Source: Macrostomum hystrix
Lineage: Eukaryota; Animalia; Platyhelminthes
Reading direction: 5' to 3'
Assembly: GCA_950097015.1 (NCBI GenBank)
Contig: CATNEN010000025.1
Location: forward strand, 4,030,001-4,094,000
Length of the DNA stretch: 64,000 bases
Shown here: piece by piece, positions 1-12,409 of the stretch
How the letters are laid out: every line of letters starts with the position of its first letter
Position numbering within the stretch: the stretch's first letter is position 1
Program-made: the position numbers and the translations under genes
The notes under the pieces: model-generated
Told to the model about the DNA's origin: nothing
The model's database searches: none
Seen by the model: only the letters and a program-made list of their open reading frames with translations

Positions 1-1908
1 CAAGTTCGACTCACTTGACAGATTGCATCTGGCCTTATCCCCTACCCGCTAATCCCTTCTGGCTGAAATCCCTTCAGCGATCATAAGCCTCAAAGCCGAT
101 GATCGCATGTTACCCCTCTGCTCCGTAACCAAAATCCTTCGTTTATCTAAAGATATCTACACTGTGGGTTTAGTACAAAGAACATGAATGCGAACACTAA
201 TATGCGGTATTATAACAGTGAGCAGTTTGATACTAACTCTAGCGTAGGTTAAGAGCCACATGCAGAGCAGATTTAGGAAAACCCACAAGAAAATAATGTT
301 TGGAGGCCACAAATTTGGAACGTATTTGGGTAGAGTGAGAAGTGATGCAAAATTAATCTGGGAATTGGTTCGCTCTGTCGCCTACCCAACAGTGACGCCT
401 ATTTCCTTTCACCGCGGTACGCGGGAACAGGCGTATCTTTGGTTGTTGCCGTTCAACACTAAAAGCTGCCCCCACCATTGCTCAAATTGATCAGGAATAT
501 GTGCTCCTGAGAGAGACGGAAGTGCAGTCCAGCCCAGTCTGTATTTAAAGGCCAATAAAACGGTCATGAAAATGCACTCCGCCGCCGCCGCCGCCGCCGA
601 CAAAGACGCCGTGACCTTCCAAACTCATCGTAAATCTTTTTAGCAGCTGATTTCGTAGACAAGCTAAATGGCATTCAGTTATAACGCACTATTTCTGCTG
701 ACTCAGTCGCCTGGTAAACGATTGAATCGTTTTTCTCTGCCTCTTTGGCGATTGTTCGCTAAAGTTTGCGGCGCGTTCCCTCTGACAACACAGGCAGTAC
801 TGACTGGGACTTAATTATGCTAATTAGTTCAACAAACCCGTCCAGTGCTCCCCCGCGACTGGTTCGGGAATTAGAGAACAGAAAATCACGTTAACCCACC
901 CGGCTTGGGGATTTCTGTTTCCTACAGGGGAGTTTTTTTCAGCCCTCAGTCCAACGATAGCGATGATCTTTCTGGCCATGGCAGTGCTGCCGTGAGAGCG
1001 ACTTGGCGATTGTATTGCCTTGGATTCAACTTTTCCTTCAAGGCAGATTCAATTTCGAGAGTCAGTAATACGCTGGCTGGTAGAAAGCAGCAAATGTATT
1101 GAAAAATGCTACTAAATTTCTGCGCCACTGCTTGTTTTCATTTTGGTGTTCTGCCCTGTCTATGAAAAACTTAAATAGATATTTTCAATAGATATTTTTC
1201 GATCAGCCATAATAGAATTTGAAAGTTTTATACTTCAACTTCAATTCTGCGAATCAACGGCATTTGGACGAAAAATGTTTGCAATGATATATTTCTGCTA
1301 ATAAAATCCATCTAAAAACACTTCTAGGCTGCGTAAGTGCTCTTAAAATCATAGGCTCTCGTAAAAAATTAGACTGATTCTGGACACAACACACTTGGAC
1401 AACAATAATTGACTATGTTCACCTATACCTGAAAACGATTTGGCCATAGACAAGAAGTGTCACCAGAAGACATGGCTTCGTTCTTTAACAGTAGAAAGAC
1501 AAAAGGGGATTTCAAGCATCCACAGGTTTATTTTTTCCTGTATCTTCCAGATATTCAATCAATCGTTTTGAAAATCTAAAACACAGCGTAACATTTTCCT
1601 CTCGATGAAACAACTTCCTGAATCACAAAACATCGGCATCGTCGAGATATTCAACGGTTTTTGTCGGGGTGTCTGGTGGCAAAGACCACCAATATAGACA
1701 AAAACTTCCCGCTCACAAAATTTCATCATGTAACCATGTCGGCTGCTATTGTTGACTTTGTTGTATTGATTATATTGTTAATTATTGCATTGGTGCACCA
1801 ATATGGATTTGCCATAGAGGTACTAACATACAGAGCGATGTTAGTTGTCCTTGTCGTCATGGTCTTCGACAAGAATCGTTTGATATCTCAACAATGCTTT
1901 TCAATGCA

Positions 1909-4650
1909 TCAAAACACGTAGCTGCCGTCGTCTCCGCCATGCGCAGCAAAGTCAGCCTGCCAGAATTTGATGGCGATACTGACTTCTTTTCCTAAATTCT
2001 TCGAGAGTACGTCCCTCGCGCTCGTATAGACTAAAAAACCCAAACTTTCAAGGAAAAGGTCTCTTTGAATACACGCAAAATGCCACAACGCTGCGAGGGA
2101 AGTTGAGTTTTTTTCAACTGTCGCAATACGAAGCCTTTATGGCGAATAAGAGTTTGCTGTTGGCTATAGGAAACCTGTAGGAATTAGAGAAAATGTGTGT
2201 CTACTTCCTGAAAAATTATTCGGTTAAAAACGCGACTATCTGCTGCGCAAAATTTATTAGACAGGGCGCTCTCTGTTTTTGTAGTAACCAGAAAAATGGT
2301 TCCAATGAAACAAACGTATCTACGAGTGCGCGCGCGCTTCAGCTTCCTAATTGAACGGCCCGCCAGTTGGTACTTTTAATTAAGTACTTTACAAACAGCT
2401 ATACTGGTTCCAGTATGCTGTAGACAGCGTTGTTTGTCATTGAATAGGAACAGCTATAGAGCCGGTTGACTGCACTACATCGAGACGGGAATAATAACAC
2501 CAAGGATTCAAAATGACTTGGCATCCATGCTAAGGAACGAACGAAAATTAATAATCTTCCTAACTGAATTGTCGTAAAATTATTGAACTTGGTGCCAGAC
2601 TGTGTAAAAGTTTCGTTGACAACTTATTCGAAAACAGTCTATAAATACGAGTATGCCGAACTTTAGAAACAACTAAGGAACAAATCGTTTCCTAAAAATA
2701 CAGAGCTATGAAGCGTTTTCCACGCCAAAAATGCACAGGTTCGCTAGACACTACTGTGAAGCATATATGCTAAAATGACGCAGGAAAAAACACAATCACC
2801 GTTTATATAAATCTATCAGTTTGTAATTTCTAAAACAAAATATGCTTAGGCCCGTTCGACAGTTATTTGTATTTGGAAATATTCATTTTTCTGTTTTCTG
2901 CTTCCGCAATCAAACAAATCAAGAAAAAATACAGCCAATGCTTCTTTGGCAATCATAAATAATAATCTACAGAGGAAATTTAAGTTAAAAAATCTATTAC
3001 AATCAAATAATTTAGGAAATTTATCATGCAAGCCTATACTGCCCGGAGCCACTGCAGTACGCCCTCCTGTAAAATCCACAGGGACCGAGCAGATGCGGAC
3101 AGGGGTCGCTCGGTGCGTTTCAGCGACAACGTTACCGATGACGCGACAGCTCGCAGCCCGGCAGCCGGCGTCAGGCACGTTCGGGAACGGGAATTCGCAC
3201 TCAAGTGCGCGACTTATCACCCCTCCTCCTTGGCCACTTGTTTTATTACTATTTGTTATTAATAATATTATTAGCTGGTCTAAAGTGCATAAGCTGGGGT
3301 AGAAATATCGCTGCACAATAGCTGCTGTTGTGCCACCGGCCGTTCACGATTCTCTCTATTAACAACGTCTAAAATTTTCCAAGCCTTCTAAATCAATAAC
3401 TGTATACATATACGGGACAACAGTCACGATCGCGAAATTCAACCGAAATTCGCAAATAATTTTTTGTGTGTCAGATTAACAAATCGGCTTTTCTATCGGC
3501 AGATAGCAATTCTCGTTAAGCGTTAGGCGAGATTAAAAAATTCTACGGAAGCCAAAACGTTTAGTACCAAAAGCCTTTAGGTACTAAACGTTTTCCTCTC
3601 ACCCATGGCCATTACTAATCTCCACAGCCGTCAGCCGACACCTGACAGTCCAGCTCCGGCAAGACCCGATGGGGTCTAGCTGGAGTCTGGAACCATGCTC
3701 GGAGATCAACCGGAAGTCGGGCTGCTGTTGCTGCTGCTGCTGCTGCTTATTGCGCTGACGCCGAGGCTTTCTGGACACCTGAGTAGAATTCAGCGACTGC
3801 CATAACTGTTGCAGTGATCAACTCACGTTGGCCTTGAATGATACACAAATCTATTGTGGGAACAGTGCACGCAGAATTGCACTCTGGAAGAAGCGAAAGT
3901 GATATAAATTTTAGCCAAAAATCACTTGTCACCTAGCATATCATAGTCCATTTTTGTTGTAGTATTTGAAGGAGAATGACTGGAATTAATCAAGATTTGG
4001 TCAAGATAAGTAAATAGTCATATGTAACACAGTCGCAAGAACATCGTCAGTCGACTTTAAACCGGAGCATGTATACTAGCTCTAAATTGTTAACAACTAA
4101 GAGTGAGAATTAGTGGCCATGCATTACTTGAAAATTCCATAACGACTTCAAAGATTATTAAAAACTAACTCTTCAACTAAAGTCAATGCAGGTAGAAACA
4201 TAGACAATACTAGTGTACAAACTTCTTACAATTGTTCCATCATCGTGTAGTGCACGTAGGGTTATATTTTTTATCACAATTATCTGAAATTTTCGTGACC
4301 CAACAAGGATCTCAAATTTGAGACTACCTCCACGACGTCCTTGAACTCTCGTAATATGCTATTTTAATTTATTGCGTTGATCTTAATTGAAATTTTAGAA
4401 AATCAAACAGTTATTGTGTCGATTTGAGGCACACAAAACGATCACTAAAGGACCCTTTCACAAGCCATGTCTAGCCAGGCTCTGTGCATTGGAACCTGTA
4501 TGCACTTGTCGCGTCTTTAAAGCTTAAGGTCGCCAACTAACCCATTTATTCCGACACAGCTAACAGGGACTACTACTAAGAGTATTTTGTAGTCCCTGAC
4601 AGCTAACCCTCAATTTGAGGATAAATGCGTGAGTATCCTTACCTGTACAT
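1909..4650 (-). CDS. Putative micro-exon gene, unknown protein (~175 aa in the simplest model)
   Basis: Phase-consistent chain of GT-AG exons: 4650-4643 (ATG TAC AG), 4358-4328, 4283-4230, 3850-3827, 3778-3603, 3248-3136, 2030-1909 (TGA). Gives [61 protein letters not shown]...KFWQADFAAHGGDDGSYVF. The middle exons (3.8-4.2 kb) have alternative solutions. No family recognised. Confidence 0.4.
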
Positions 4651-7600
4651 TTTAGCTGTAAAAATATGTTTAATTGATTTACTTATCAGTGCTTGCAAAA
4701 GTTTTCATTAATTAAATCATATCGCTCAGAATGCGTTCACTTCACTTTCCAACACCGCAGAGCTTTTTGTCTTCTGGTACTCGTATATTCGTCCATAATT
4801 CCACACTTGGAGCATTTTTATGTCAGTATTTTAGGCAATGATGTCCAATATTTCAATTTTATGCGTGTTTTTTTAATAATAATGGTTTTTACTTCGCGTC
4901 GCGTTTTGTTTATCTACTCATTTCTATTTCGTTTTTTCGAATGCACTGTGAAATTAGAAACCGCGCGAAAAATCCACGTTCCTAGAAGACAAACAGGCAT
5001 AGCTAGAGTTAGGCTATCACAATGCTATCCATCACGATAATTGATAGGCATACGTTGTCTTTTACTGTAATTTTCGCTTTTGTTTCATGAATCTAAACTA
5101 AGGAATTTAGTGTCTAACTATGCGTAATAAAAATACTGTTAATCTCTAAGCAAGTTGCATGCCTGCATTGTCTTTGCCTATATTTGCCTATTTCCTTTAC
5201 CTAGAACTATATTTGCCTAGTTCTCCAAATATATCATTTTAGTAATAATATTTATCACATAGCATTCAAAAGATATTTAAAAAACAATTTGTGTGATTGT
5301 AATAAGGATTATAAAATAAACTTTTATCAGATGATTAATCAGTGGATTATTGAGTTTCTTTGCATAATTATTGGCTAATTGGATAAAAGATACTTATTTT
5401 AATATACGAAGGGGTTTACTCGCTTACTTTTATTGAGTAGGTCTACCTTAATGTATTGCCTATGTCATCTATGTAGTAAAATTTCAATTTTTAATTGATT
5501 AAAATTAACTTGATATTTAATAAAAGTATTTTATGTTGTCTTTCATTTATGATTTACATTTTTGTAAGTTTTGCTAAAAAAGTTTTTAAATATAATTTAA
5601 TCGGGTTGAACCACTTTTCTAATTTTTTTCAAGAAAATCACCATTGTTTGACTTGGCAATCAAAAAATTGCTGTCTTATAGCAATATAATTCTGTAAACA
5701 AATAAAGCTGCATGCCTGCTCACAATATTTTTGCTTGGCTTAGCTAGTCACTTAGCTATCAATTATAAATCTTGCTAGTATAAACCAATAATTTGATTAT
5801 GACCTCAGTTGTACGCCGAACCCAGCAAGACATGCTGAGGATGAGGCAATCTGTTTGCTGCTATGAACTTCTCATTGTAATTTTCTTGCTAGCTAATATC
5901 CTGTACAACTGGTCCCCAATTGAAAATGTTTGCTGCCTTATTGTGTTAATATGCATATTGGTGGAGCTTGCATGTATAAGTCAACCTTAGCATCTGGCTA
6001 GTCACCCAGCCCCTGTGTGTCAGGGCATTGTCCAGCTGCAAGATGGTGCCAACAGTAAGATTTTTCTGTGGTTGCACAAAGTGGTTGTATCAAGTTTAAT
6101 AAATATCATCTTGACAGGGCCTTCTAGCAGCACCAATTACTATTCCAAATTGCTATACATGAGCTAAGGTGCAGCCTTAGTTGGTGGACTTCCCATAAAA
6201 ATGCTCCTGTAGCCATTTGCAACTTGCCTGACCAACTCAGGATGGAGATTGGGTTAGGAAAGTGAAGTAAGTAGTGCAAATTGTCTGACAAAGGTTTGAT
6301 CAAGATAATTGCTGCTAGCTGCCTATGATTCACCAACCCCCTGCCTTTGGACTCTGGAGCAAAGCAAGAGCAAACTTGTACACAGAAACACCATTAATTG
6401 CTAACAGAGTAATCCATGGGTTGAAAGACAGTGCAAAATAAAAACTATTTTTGTCCTAAACTAAAAAACCTCATGAACATACACATGTAAAACATTCATA
6501 AATGTTATAAAATTAATAAATCGCTTTAATGTTTCCCAGATTACAACACTACTTTTAGTACTGTTGTACGAGTGCAACTACTTTTTTCTTTTTGCTACTT
6601 TTTACAACTACTTCACTATACTTTTCTCGTAAGTGCATGTAGACTATTTTTTAATTTCAACAGAGTTTAACATTCTTTTTTGTTGTCTGGATTAGAGATT
6701 GTATGGAAGTTTCTTCTAAACGATATGCCATCCGACGATTTGCAGTTGTTTAGCGTGCCACTGCTCAGTAGATTTTGAGATGGGCTTTGATGCAGAAGGT
6801 GTAGCATTTCACACTAGCTTAACTGGCAATGAGGGGCAGTCTATTTGATTAGATAATTTATTAATGCGCTCATGAAATGGAATAGGAAGAGGGCCTGGCT
6901 GCCCTGATGCACAGACAGCTGGGCCGTCGGCTAGGCTGTGCCTATTAAAGCAAGGTGAGAGAAAGGTGGAAGAATTAGCGCCCCTTTCTCTCCTCCCCTT
7001 CATTGCCACTGCTAGAGCCCATCAATGCCGATGCACTTGAAAGCTGGTAGAATTGAGAGAACCAGCATCGCATTGTCACACTTTCCCTCTCTTTCCCTCA
7101 TCAATGCCTACAAATTATATAGAGCTCATATAGTGTGTGTGCGTTGAAAACCAATTTTAACATAGCGAATTGGCAGGCATAGAGTTCCAGACTGCAACAT
7201 GTGCGATTGATGATGACATTGCTGGCAGGGCTAGCTACCCCTTTGTGTTGGTGAATTCTGCATTGCTAGATATACGTAGCTACCATGGGCCTCTATTAAA
7301 CTGCTAAACTACGAGTATACTCCTGGCTTGATGACTTGACTCTGCAAGAAAAAACTTTCTGTTATATAAAACAGTTTGAGCTGTTGGAAAACCATGCGGG
7401 CGATTGCTTTCACACCTCTCAGTGTGGAATGCTTTTTTAGCAATAATATTTTGCATTCTAAATTTATTTGACATTATATGATTGTCAAGGTCAAGGTCCC
7501 TGAGCTCGATTCCGCGGCGAGGCCACATTAGATTTGGGTGCAGCCGCGGAGAGAAGGCTTGGGGGTTTGTGCAATTTGCGCCCTTAAGGGCAAACCTCAA

Positions 7601-8244
7601 AGGCCTCAAAAGCAGAGTGTACACTGCTTGACGATGAGAAAGTCAGGGCAGATGTACACACCTGTGTGAGCGTATGCCTGCGTACTGTGTCCAGGTGTGC
7701 GTGTGTGCTCAGAAGTCAGCAAATTGTGGTTCGATATAGAATTGACTCCTCGCTGTCTGCGGGTATAGAGTCATCGAATGATGTGCCATTGCCCGCAGCC
7801 CTCCTGCAGTTAAAAACTCTTATTATTATCATTATTATTTGGCTACATTCCAAGCGGAATGTTTCGTAGCTTCATAGATTAAGCATTGCCTCACCGCTTG
7901 CAGCTGGAGCCAGAGCATCAATGCCAACCCGGCAGCACCGGCTGGCCGCTGCTAGGCTAGACCTGCTGGCTTGCATTGAACGCTACTGCGACAATGGTGA
8001 GTTTCTAAATCTAAACACTGAACACGCTCTATCAGTAGCTGTTCTTATTTCTTTATAAGAGTCATAGATAGTCTTATGATTTTACATTTTCGATTATTTC
8101 GATAACCAGCAATTGACTATTGTCAATATTTTTTGTCTTTTTTAATCATTTAAAACTACGAATTGATTGGATCAATAGTCAAAGCTACGAAGTGTTTTAA
8201 TATTCTCTATTTGAAATTAGTTTTGTACACTCACCAAAATTTTT

Positions 8245-8340
8245 GCCCCAGCTAATACTGGTGCGCATGTAAGAGCTCGGGCTGGGATTTGAACTCCCGA
8301 CCTCTGAGACAGAGGTCCTAGGCTTTAACGCCAAGGGTAC
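8245..8340 (-). mobile_element. Truncated/internally deleted tRNA-derived SINE copy
   Basis: Shares ccccagctaat(a/g)ctggt with the copies at 50891 and 59535; B-box-like AGTTCAAATCC on the minus strand. Confidence 0.6.
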
Positions 8341-10942
8341 AAGCTCACAGTTGTTTCATCCCTCTATGGTTCTAAAGGAGGTCTAATATCTTTCATGCCG
8401 AGTCTATGACGTGTCGGGTTGTCTGTACCATAAGCTTACGCATAAATAGCGCCATGGCGTTTCTATGTGTAAAGATTGAAAAGAAAAGGTTTGCAGCTCT
8501 ATAGTTGACGATTAAGGCGGTGAGGAGCACCGGTTGGCGGTCCAACAGCGGAAGCGTGTCGTGTATTTGGCTCATATTTAACGGACACATACACGCAGCA
8601 ACACAAATGCAAACGCGCAAACTATGCAGAGATGCTTTGCTGGATTCCATTCCATTCATTCACTGGCTTGATGGACTGGTCGACTAAGGCAGTCAGACTG
8701 TCAGAGCGAAGCTTTGGCGGCGGCGGAGGCCCCGGCAGTCGGCTTGATGCCGGAACTTTGGTGGGGGGAGGAGTGGAGCTTCTATAGCGGTGCATTGTCA
8801 ATGGAAGCATTTTTTACCCGGTGCGCGACGATGGTGTTGGCCATGATTCGTTTCTGTTAAAGTGAGGATGATCGTGTTGTATGCATAAGAGAAGACCTGT
8901 ACCCACCCGGCTAATGGGCGGTGCTGATAGCTCGGCAGGCAAATATAGCTTGCTTGCTGACAGTGTTTGGCATACAGTCACGAGCCGATCATCCCTGTTC
9001 GTCCCCAATGACTGTCATTTCACCTGTATTTGGAGATTAGGAGCTTGCCAGTTTTTTCTGAAATAAATTCCATCACGGCAACCTTTCAGTATAGGAATGT
9101 CCGAAAAACATATCACATAATATCCGCATGCGTTTGTGTGTATGCACGGAAACAAACAACATGGAGCCTCATTCTCTCCGTGCTCTTGTCCGTTCTCTTG
9201 GCATTGGTGCCGAGATTCCTTTGTTTAAGTTGCCTCCATTCTAACTGTTGCTTCTCGCTATACCGCCCTCTGTGTCGTTGACTATAGGCTTGTCGTCTAT
9301 CTTTCTACCTCCGGCCTACCCAAGAAATTCGCCTTCTTCTCTACAAGCTATTCTTCTGCTTGGCCACGGCCTAAAACTCCCCCCTCTCTGGCCCGGCCAC
9401 TAATTTGCAGCCCCCAGTTTTGGTGGTACAATGCCGCCTGCTGCCTCCTCATTGGTTAAATTGCGGTTGGCAGAGTGCACGCAACTGGGCGGCGCATTGG
9501 TCTGGTCCTGGGTACTGGTACAAGGCTGAGCTCTAATAAGAATACAACAGGAGTTCCTGGCTGTCTGGCTTAGCCAACCATCTGCTTTTGTGTAGCCGGC
9601 CTAGGTGTTCCATTCATTGACTGCTTGTTTCAGCGTTCTCGGCTTTGTCGGAGCCTAGATTCAGCGCTAGTCGACGGAGTCTGCGAATTTAGGCATTGAA
9701 AATAGAATTCAACGAGCTAGTTAAATTAGTTTGTTGCCTTTCATCAATGATAAAGGAGGGAAATAGAGCTACGATACGCTTAAGACTGACAAGTTTGATC
9801 GATTAATTGCGGGCTTGTTTCTTTAATCCGTCGATTCTTGCTGGATTAACTGTTGCAGCGATACTCGTTAACAAACTGTTATATTTCTGCGTCATCAAAG
9901 ATTTTCTGGTAAGGTATCTTCTAGATTTCTAATAGTCGCCTACAGTTTATTTTCATAAGAAACTTTATTTGTGAAATTAAGCTGTTTAACAATTGTATCC
10001 AGATTTTTTACGCCTCCAAGCGGCTTTTCAATCGGGCTTCATCATTCTGCTTTGAGCATTCAAAAGCAGAAGCATGAATCTCATCTCCACCCCAAAGTCA
10101 TCCGGAAGTGTCTCCCCCCAATCTACCCTTGGCCCTTCCAGTAAGCGCCGGTACTCAAGAGCCGGCTATGGCTATAGTAGCAATTTCTGCCGCTTGAGGT
10201 TATCACATTAAAGCATGCAGAGACGGGGTAGTGTGCGATCAGTTTCTGGCTAGACTTGGCGCTGGACCGAGCGTATTATATTGCCTCGGATTGGATAAGA
10301 TAAAAAGGCAAAGTTTTTCCTCCGCCCCAGCCTTCTTCCCCGTTTTTTTCAACCCTCGGCCGCACTTCAACAGTGGCTAGCCTGCACCTCCAGCCTTTGC
10401 GGCATCGGTTTAATCTTTCGGCCCCCGAATAGCAGGGAACAGAACAGAACAGAACAGGAGAGGGAGAAATGTAAGCATGATCGTTGAGGCTCCCAAGGAT
10501 AGTGTGTCGGCAACATCACTCTAAGCTCGTATTCATGTGTATGCAGATTTTGTGGCCCTTGTGTGTGCGTTTCCACATCGAGCAAACAGCAAAGTGGCCG
10601 CCTTACACCGTCATTCCTAGTCTCTTTCTCCTACTTTTTTACACCGCTGGCTACGAAAAATCCTCTTCCTGATCTTCTTCTCGTCGAATGCCAGTTTCCA
10701 GCCGATCAACTGCTATAACAACCAGTTGCTTTCCTACGAGTGTAGATGGCCTTTTGTCTTAGCTGCAATACATTGAATACGTTGCCTGGTACAGTTTTTA
10801 TGACTAGCAGGAGTATGTGAAGCAGTAATATGACGCGCCAATGCTAAGTTTCATGGAGTTGTTGAAAACAACGAAATAAAGGACAGTGTACGTATTGTGA
10901 TCTTTCTACCACTTATTTAGTTAGGATTATTACTGTCACTTC

Positions 10943-11120
10943 AGCACCCAAGCTTCACCTCGTCAGCATGTCTTGAGCACCCAAGCTACACCTCCTCGCA
11001 ATGTCTTCAGCACTGAAGCTACACCTCCTCGCAATGTCTTCAGCACTGAAGCTACACCTCCTCACAATGTCTTCAGCACTGAAGCTACATCTGCTCACAA
11101 TGTAAATTGAGCACTGAAGC
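10943..11120. repeat. 33-bp minisatellite, ~5 copies
   Basis: Unit cagcactgaagctacacctcctcgcaatgtctt. Confidence 0.85.
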
Positions 11121-12409
11121 GACGCCACCAATCTTACTTGCTATCACCATCACCTCATCACTTCAACTATGTGTGTTTTACTACCTGAGACTGCTACTTA
11201 TTTTTCCCAGTACTCTCGAATTACTCGCCAAGGCAACAGTGTATATTTGATGTCATTTTTTTCTCGTCGTCGGTTATCGAACTATTTTCGAATCTGATCT
11301 GCCGTTTTAACACGCACGCACGTCAGCGCGAGCCACTGCAGTCCGCTATGCATTCTACCCACACTCTGACTGTGCCATCGTGTGTATTTGTGTTCTGGAT
11401 CGCTAGCTCAAACTGGGCTTGCTTCCCTTGCATAGTCCCCCTCTTTTGTTTTTTCTTTGTTGCTCAAGTTCCCACAAGCTGTTGCTGAGCTTAGTTTTCG
11501 GTCGGGGGCGTTTGAGTTGTTGGCCGATGGTGTCTGAGTCGACACGGACCGAGGTCGTGTGCCCCCCAGGGGGAGCAGCCGTTCTGGGCTGGAAGCTGCG
11601 GGACCTTGGCGGTGGAAGAATAGGTTTAGGAGGCGGAGAAGGAGAAAAAAGGCGACTCTCCGCGCTTTTCATCCAATATTTCATTTTCTCGCCAGCCCTC
11701 CCCCCAAGCCGACCCGCTTCGCTCAGTTGGGGGGCGGTTGGCTGCGAGCAGCGCCGATCCATTGAACCGCTTCCTGACTGACAGTTGGGACTACAAAAGC
11801 GAATCTAGCTGTTGGGCTACTGAGTGTCGGGTAAGCGGACTGAAACAATGGCACGAAGGGAGCCGGTGGGAGGGGCTGTTTTTGGTGTGTATGAGGCGTG
11901 GCGACAGGCTTGGAAAGGGGATACACGCTTTTTTGAAGAATCAAAAACAACAAAGCGAAACTCAGTTATGAGTGATTCTTTTGCGGGTTCTAAAGCTTTC
12001 GGATTTGAGGGAGTATTAGGGACCTCTACTAGGGTATTGACTGTCAAACTCCCACTGTGTTTTGCTGGCACTAAGCACACGCAGAGAAAAAACTGGCCAA
12101 CTATGCTCAGAATCTTCTCAGTCAGCTTAGCACCATGCTCAAACTGGCACATTCCAGTCCGTTCTCTAGATCTCATTTTTCGATTCTATATCCTGAAGAA
12201 TCTTGATAGATGCCTCTTGTTTAATAGAAATATTTTACCCTAGTGATATCTAGATTTTTTCGTTCGGTTATTTATCTTTTAGTGTCTAGTTTAAACTTTA
12301 AAACTTTAAACTAGTTTAAACACTCTAGATTTAACATATTAAGTCTGTAGATCAACCTAACTGTTTTCTAGATTGCGACTCACATTTTCTTGAGGTTTTC
12401 CATTCATTT

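Noticed and set aside
409-1128. Short minus-strand ORFs and a (GCC)n tract near the window start
   Set aside because: No phase-consistent model could be built; may be UTR or the edge of a gene outside the window.
3695-3805. Signal-peptide-like [24 protein letters not shown]
   Set aside because: The Leu run is the reverse complement of the polyQ (CAG)n in the minus-strand exon; it has no phase-compatible continuation.
6780-9900. TCF-type sites (CTTTGATG ~6785, CTTTGTT ~9220, CATCAAAG ~9893) suggesting autoregulation
   Set aside because: Density is no higher than expected by chance for 7-8-mers.
11400-12243. Overlapping 119-139-aa ORFs on both strands
   Set aside because: Low-complexity, no consistent splice signals or recognisable domain; probably regulatory or intergenic DNA.
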